This document shows, piece after piece, positions 58,425 through 64,000 of a DNA stretch of 64,000 nucleotides. The stretch's first letter is position 1, and each line of letters starts with the position of its first letter. The stretch comes from a virus. The notes beneath the pieces were generated by a model, which worked only from the letters and a program-made list of their open reading frames with translations, had not been told where the DNA came from and ran no database searches. Both the position numbers and the translations under genes were made by a program. The stretch lies in the IMG/VR virus record IMGVR_UViG_3300028833_000003; one strand, 5' to 3'.

Positions 58425-60809
58425 TCACAAAATATCATCAGTTACTCGTGTAGCCTAAATCGACATTAAACCATCATGAGTAAAACTATAATTAAATGAT
58501 TTAATTAAATATTCACCATAAATTTTAGTTTTTTCATCTTTCACAATTATTTTTGTATTAGGCTCTAAATAATATACTGGTACACACTATAAATTGATTG
58601 TTTCTTGATAAAAAGTATGTTGATATAATAATCCTTCTAATGTATCAACACAACTCTTCCCTCTTGTGCTAGTACGTAGTAAATTTTTAGCCCAATCTGG
58701 AATACGCAAAATGACATAATTAATAGTATCGTCAGTAGTGGTATAATTCTATATTAAATCTTCTGTATCAGTATCTTTAATATCTTCAAAAATAACATTT
58801 GGTACAGAATGATATGAAATTGCACGTACCTTATCATCGGTCAGCATTTGCTAACGATGACCAATAACAGAACATTTAAATTTCTACATATCAGGATTGT
58901 CTTCCATAAAATCAAACCAAAATAATAAATTCTATGGATTAACTAATTTAACATATTCTTTACCATTAACTTGACCATACGTAAAAGCATTCGGATTCCA
59001 TTTACCATTATTTATCCAGTTATTATATTCTGCCTAAGCATTTTCATATGCACTATAAGCGTTTTGATATTTTTTATCACTAGGATTTGGTGGCAATATA
59101 TCTACATTATGTACTAAAGGCCAAAAAGCCAATACATCAGCATAATAGTCTTTATAACCAGTAGTATCTGTTGCTTCCCATCTTTCAACTTCTTTTCTAC
59201 CAATAGACCATAATGCAGAACCAGCATTATTATTTGCCAATTTAGTAATTGTTGATTCTTTAACATGACTATCTTTCTATTGACGATCATAAGCCATAAA
59301 ATAAATTAAATCACGCCAATCATAAGGCGTCTATACAACCTATTCTGTAATAGGTATCGCGCAAGGATCATGTGGGTCCGCAGCAATACGATCAAAATAT
59401 TCCTAAGTACAATACCATTTTAAGTCTTCAATAATACCTGCTGTCGTGGGTTTTACTAAACGAAAATATTTTAATGGCTTATCATCAATAGCATAACGCA
59501 TATGAATTTTTCTTGTGCTATAAGAAGTAGTCTATTCTCCCCAAATAGAAAAATCATTTTTAATATTATCTAACTTAGGTGTATTCTAAAAACTACTAAT
59601 TAAATTTGCAGAAGTAAATTGATAAGAATACTTACTTACATCCGCTGCGCTAGCATAATAACGCTCTTTCCGCGCTTCACCTGTATTAGTAACTACTTCA
59701 TTAGTAAAAGCAATATTACTATATACTAATTTGCGGCGAAACCGAAAACGACCATATACATCATAAAAATATTCAAACTCACCGAGCATTTTTACAATCA
59801 TATCTAGTGCTTTTGTTACTGGGTCACCAACAGATAAAGTTAAATCACCAGCATATGTTAAATCTGTCGGACGATAACCAATGGTTTCACCATATTCAGC
59901 ACCAACTTCAAAATGATAACCAATATGATTATGAATAAAATTACCAGTTAAACTTTCATGATATTTCATCCAAACTAATTTTTCTTCTAGCTTTTGACAT
60001 TGCGTAAATGGAATTGTTTTTGCATACGCATATTTTTCATCATCAATCAACATCATTTGTGTTGTTTCACTTGATAAATCAAACATATTGTTGCCGTCTA
60101 ATAACTCACCATACTCAACCGTTGAAGTAGTATTTAAAGTATAAATATTAAATACATAAACATTCACATTTTTTGAGTTATTATCTAATAATTCAACAGC
60201 TACATCATCTACGTCTTCAATGATTATGTTACTATAAGGCTCACCTGCATAATCATGTGCAATACCTTTAACGATAGTACGTATATCTTCTTTTTCTTCT
60301 CCTTTATACATACCACCTTCATAGATATAAGTAGTGCCAAAATCATGTGCAGCAAAAACTTTCCCGCCAACAGTTCCATCTAATAAACACATTTTATCTT
60401 TGCCAGTAATATTAATCGTATATGTTTTATCATTTAATGTATGAGCAAAATTGGTAATTACAAATGTGCCTTGCGGGAACCAAATAATATCAGGATATTT
60501 ATCGTTAATAAAATTCTATAGTCCTATATAACATTTAAATTTTGTTTGTAATGTCCAATCAATTTCAGTGAAATTAATTTTATCATATTCACAAGTTAAT
60601 TGAATTTGACAAGTGCGTCGCATTGCACTTTCACCTGTGACGTTAATAGAACCGCTAACTACCTATCCTTCTAAAATACCTTTCGCTCGTTCATCAAAAG
60701 TTAATGCAATTAATCGACAATAAATAACTCGTACTGGATATTCGTCTAACTATTTCAAAAACGTTTTATCCAATAGATACATAGAAGGATCATTTAATGC
60801 TGCTGTCAT
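58425..60809 (-). CDS. Large tail/baseplate-like structural protein (794 aa, 16 in-frame TAG)
   Basis: ATG at 60809 after TAGGAGG, in an ATGA overlap with the upstream gene, and TGA stop at 58425. Reminiscent of tail-tip/baseplate proteins are ..SGSINVTGESAMRRTCQIQL.. and ..VTKALDMIVKMLGEFEYFYDVYGRFRFRRK... The family is not identified. Confidence 0.6.
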
Positions 60810-63616
60810 AATGAGGTTCCTCCTATATTTTTACGTGTCGGTTTTTTCCCGCTATCTGCATAAGTTACACCAGTTGTATAAGCATGATTATTTAATATCA
60901 AAGTTTCATCTGCTAAAGAATTGTCTTTATACGCATCAATATTATAAATATCAATATCTGATAAAGCAGATGTTATATTGCCCCAAATTGCTTTCAAGGC
61001 TTTAGAATAATCATATAAAGCACGATTATATGTAATAATTAATTCATTGTAGTGCGTAACCCACTGATACTGTAAAGCATGCAAACTTTCATCGGTATTC
61101 TCCCAACTTTGTGGAGAATGAATAAAAGTTTGTAATTCTCGTTTTGCGCGAATATAATTATCATAGTAATGTTGAGTATCATCTCTATGAGTTTGGTAAA
61201 TTGCTTCTTGTGTTTGACAAGAAATTTCTACCAAAACACCATTACCAGCAGTAATTTTCGTTGGAATTGATTTAAACTATGTAAATAACTAAGTCCCTCT
61301 TAAAGAATCTAAATTTAAATTAATTACACTGCCATCTTCAAACTAAAGCTAAGCGGTATAATCAATATGGGAACCTGCGCCATATCCATAATAATAATAC
61401 GTATTTTCATTTTCTTTATCTGGACCTTTTGTCACAAAAATGTGTGGATCCATTGTGGTTCCTACACTATCTAATACAAAATAAGGTATTAATATATCGC
61501 CTCGATAATATACTCCATCATGATACTATAATGTAGTATTATCTTTAATATATTCAGTTGCCTAAACTGACTAACCTGTAAAACGTGAAAATTTTAATTT
61601 ATATAAACGTGAAATTGGCAACATGCAATCCAATAAATTGACTTGTGGCCCTAAGCCCCAACGTTGAATACAAAGTTCTTCTACTGGGTTACAATAATTT
61701 ACGGTATTAAAATCAGATTTTGTAATTGCGCCTACCGTTACTACTCCATTATATAAAGTATCGTAAATGGAAGCTGGCTCCTAAACACGTCCAATAGTAA
61801 TCTCTTTAATTAAAGACCCTGTTGGTAATGTTAAAGCATAATACCCAGTTGCGCCAATAGTAATATGTCGATAATCAGTAGTTATACCATCTACCCCAAC
61901 GATACGTAAATTAAACATAGTGCCAGGAACACAATTTTCAATTTTTAAAGAGCCAACACCCTCATATACATTTAAACTTGGTGTTTCTACATTTTGATTT
62001 TTAAATACGTCAGTTAATGAAATAGTATAATATGTAAATGTTTGATGTACCGCGGCACTAGTAGAAGTACCATCATAAGGTGCTTTATATAACCCAAATT
62101 TAATTAAATCATTTAAATCATCAGCATTACCGCATTCACTAGCTTGTGACTAAAACGTATGTAGCATACGTGAAACACTATCATTAGGTGTTAATGAACT
62201 ATTCATTAGATATACAATATAATTGCCTTCACCTGGGCTTTTTAATAATTTTGGTTTGCCATTACTTAACCACTATAAAGCTGTCATATTAAAGCGTCGT
62301 TCAAGTGTAAGATTTTCATCTGTAATATCTGTTTCATCTTCATGATTACCATAGCCTAGTTCTTCTCTTGAATAAAAATAGCCATCTCTATCCATGAGAT
62401 AACTTAATAAACCAGATAGCTAAAATTCTTTATAATCTACAACGCCATTTCTAAAATATTTTGGATATTTAGAACCTATTGTATTTTTTTTCGATTCATT
62501 CAAAGTGCGTTTAAATGCAGTAACTTTAGGATTAAAACGTATATCTAATTGACGTTCTCCATCCCATAAAAATAAATCTTCAAAATATGCAGTTACATCA
62601 TTTGAAATAGTACGACGTGAGTAAAGACCACGACTATTATACTGTCGCACTGAATAACGATATGTTACACCATGTTCTACCATAAAATCAGTATAAAAAT
62701 ACTAACCAGTAACCATATCTTCTGTTAAAGAAAAATTAAATAATTTGGTCCAACTACCAAAATTATCTTTTGAACTAGAACGTGAAAATTCATATCGTCC
62801 AGCATTTGTGTCAAAAATAGCATTATATTTAATTTTGATAAGACCATTGTCATAATCTAAAACTGCTTTTAAAGGTGCGCGAGTATCACTTGGCAATCCT
62901 GTCCCGGCAATAATAGTATACCAAGGAGAAGATATTTCCTAGAATGAATTAGTCTATACTACATAACGTAAAAGATAGTATTCATCAACAATTAAAATTT
63001 TACCAAGAGACCAATGATCTTCACTACGCCCAGCTTCTGTATCGCCATATTCAGCATGAGGCTACCATCCACTAGATTCTATTAATTCATATGATGATGA
63101 ATATAAATCAAATTTATATTGATAAACAACTTCCGTGGTATCACTATTTAAATATTCACCAGTAAATTCTTGGAAGTCATAATTATTACCAAAAGAATCT
63201 AAACCAACTATATTGACAGTAATATCATTTGTACATTTAACAATAGCAACAGTCGAATAATATCCACAAGCGTTATCTTTATCTATAAAAGCAATTTGTA
63301 TTTTATATGATTGGCCTATTGATAATCTCTGTCGCCAAGGTAATAAAGAAAATACTGCAACTAATGAATCTTCCGCGGTACTTGTACTAGTAATTGGATA
63401 TATGTTTGGCGCTTCAGTATTAACATTTAAATCTACTTCACATAAAATGGTATCAGTATTTGTTGTACGTAATCTCATACGCAAACCTGTTACTTGTGAT
63501 GCCGCAACCGCACGATTCATTGAAAAAGGGACCCTTAATAAGGGTCCCTTTGAATAAATCATTGAAGGTAAAGTACCAGCTATAACAGGCGGATAAAGCT
63601 TTGTTGTAGCCGGCAT
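60806..63616 (-). CDS. Large tail structural protein (936 aa, 15 in-frame TAG)
   Basis: ATG at 63616 after GAGGAGG. One frame runs through fragments 63062.., 62702.., 62420.. and 60806.. with the gaps checked. TGA stop. Confidence 0.6.
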
Positions 63617-63619
63617 CGC

Positions 63620-63985
63620 TTACTCCTCCTCATCAATTATCAATTCTAAACCTGCAACCTGTTTAGGTGTAAATTCAAATTTTTCAAAGTCCTCAGCTTT
63701 AAGTTTCTTCAAATCTACATCTACTGTAAAATCATTTAAAGCTTTTCTGGCTTCTTGACATTCTTCAATCATGTCCTCTTTAATTTTGAAAACTCCAGGC
63801 GCAGATTCAACAAATTGCTGCGTCTCAGGATCAATCTCTAAATACTTCATTGCAAATTCACGTTCTTGTTCAGTGAAAAATTCATTTTCCTTTTCTAATA
63901 GTTTAATATTCTTAGCAAATACTAAACTAATCTTAAAAGGTAATTTCATCTCTTGCAATTCACGTAAAGTATTAAGTAAATCCAT
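63620..63985 (-). CDS. Small acidic helical protein (121 aa), possible tail assembly chaperone
   Basis: Intact ORF with no TAG, highly E/K-rich, placed immediately upstream of the large tail proteins. The function is inferred from position only. Confidence 0.4.
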   Translation of the reverse strand: MDLLNTLRELQEMKLPFKISLVFAKNIKLLEKENEFFTEQEREFAMKYLEIDPETQQFVESAPGVFKIKEDMIEECQEARKALNDFTVDVDLKKLKAEDFEKFEFTPKQVAGLELIIDEEE

Positions 63986-64000
63986 TGTTTGAATACTATT

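Noticed and set aside
21088-63985. The leftward arm looks like a graveyard of fragmented ORFs or pseudogenes, with dozens of 60-290-aa pieces.
   Set aside because: All interrupting stops are TAG, the fragments stay in one frame for up to 8 kb, and true ends are always TAA/TGA followed by an SD and a start. The signature is of codon reassignment, not decay.
23116-63992. + strand ORFs inside the late arm: 23116.., 26876.., 27096.., 32086.., 39723.., 45836.., 49664.., 55066.., 56261.., 57739.., 58027.., 60811.. and 63771...
   Set aside because: They sit opposite verified long leftward genes, have no RBS, and have biased low-complexity composition. They are treated as shadow ORFs.
1-64000. Possible TGA (or TAA) reassignment as well.
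   Set aside because: TGA and TAA terminate genes cleanly at compact junctions, for example the ATGA overlaps at 1834-1837, 8009-8012, 18895-18898 and 60806-60809. No conserved domain required reading through either codon.
1-64000. A suppressor tRNA, other tRNAs, rRNA, or CRISPR arrays.
   Set aside because: Intergenic gaps are all under about 120 nt and are occupied by promoters, terminators and hairpins. I found no cloverleaf-sized unassigned segment and no repeat-spacer periodicity. The suppressor, if phage-encoded, must lie outside this window.

Overview
This is a gene-dense, AT-rich segment of a large tailed-phage genome.

**Left arm (1-21.0 kb, + strand).** It holds early and middle genes in operons headed by seven near-identical sigma70-type promoters (TTGACT-17 nt-TATAAT). 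The genes include:
- two small wHTH proteins, an SSB-like protein and a Sak4/AAA_24-like ATPase
- a DnaB-like helicase, a DnaG-like primase, a RecJ-like DHH nuclease and a RecD/Dda-like helicase
- a DnaE-type Pol III alpha and a guanylate-kinase-like enzyme
- the anaerobic ribonucleotide reductase NrdD/NrdG, a dUTPase and a RuvC-like resolvase

**Right arm (21.1-64 kb, - strand).** It is convergent with the left arm and separated from it by a bidirectional terminator. It holds:
- a lysis cassette with an LL-H-type holin and a SpoIID+NlpC/P60+SH3 lysin
- a small accessory island with a radical-SAM/SPASM enzyme preceded by a Cys-rich 34-codon ORF
- a very large tail/fibre module, including single ORFs of about 1986, 2612 and 2681 codons

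**Key to reading the window.** TAG is a sense codon here. By hand count there are about 135 in-frame TAGs and no TAG terminator; every CDS ends in TAA or TGA. The fragmented ORF track on the - strand therefore collapses into about 21 long genes. TAG is absent from the 13.4-kb replication core, first appears in nrdD, and is dense in the lysis, accessory and virion genes.

**Host inference.** Strong AGGAGG ribosome-binding sites, TTGACT/TATAAT promoters, SpoIID/LL-H/NlpC-P60 lysis genes and NrdDG suggest an anaerobic Gram-positive (Bacillota-like) host.

**Not found.** I saw no tRNA, rRNA, CRISPR array, integrase or transposase. All calls come from reading translations by eye; no database search was possible.
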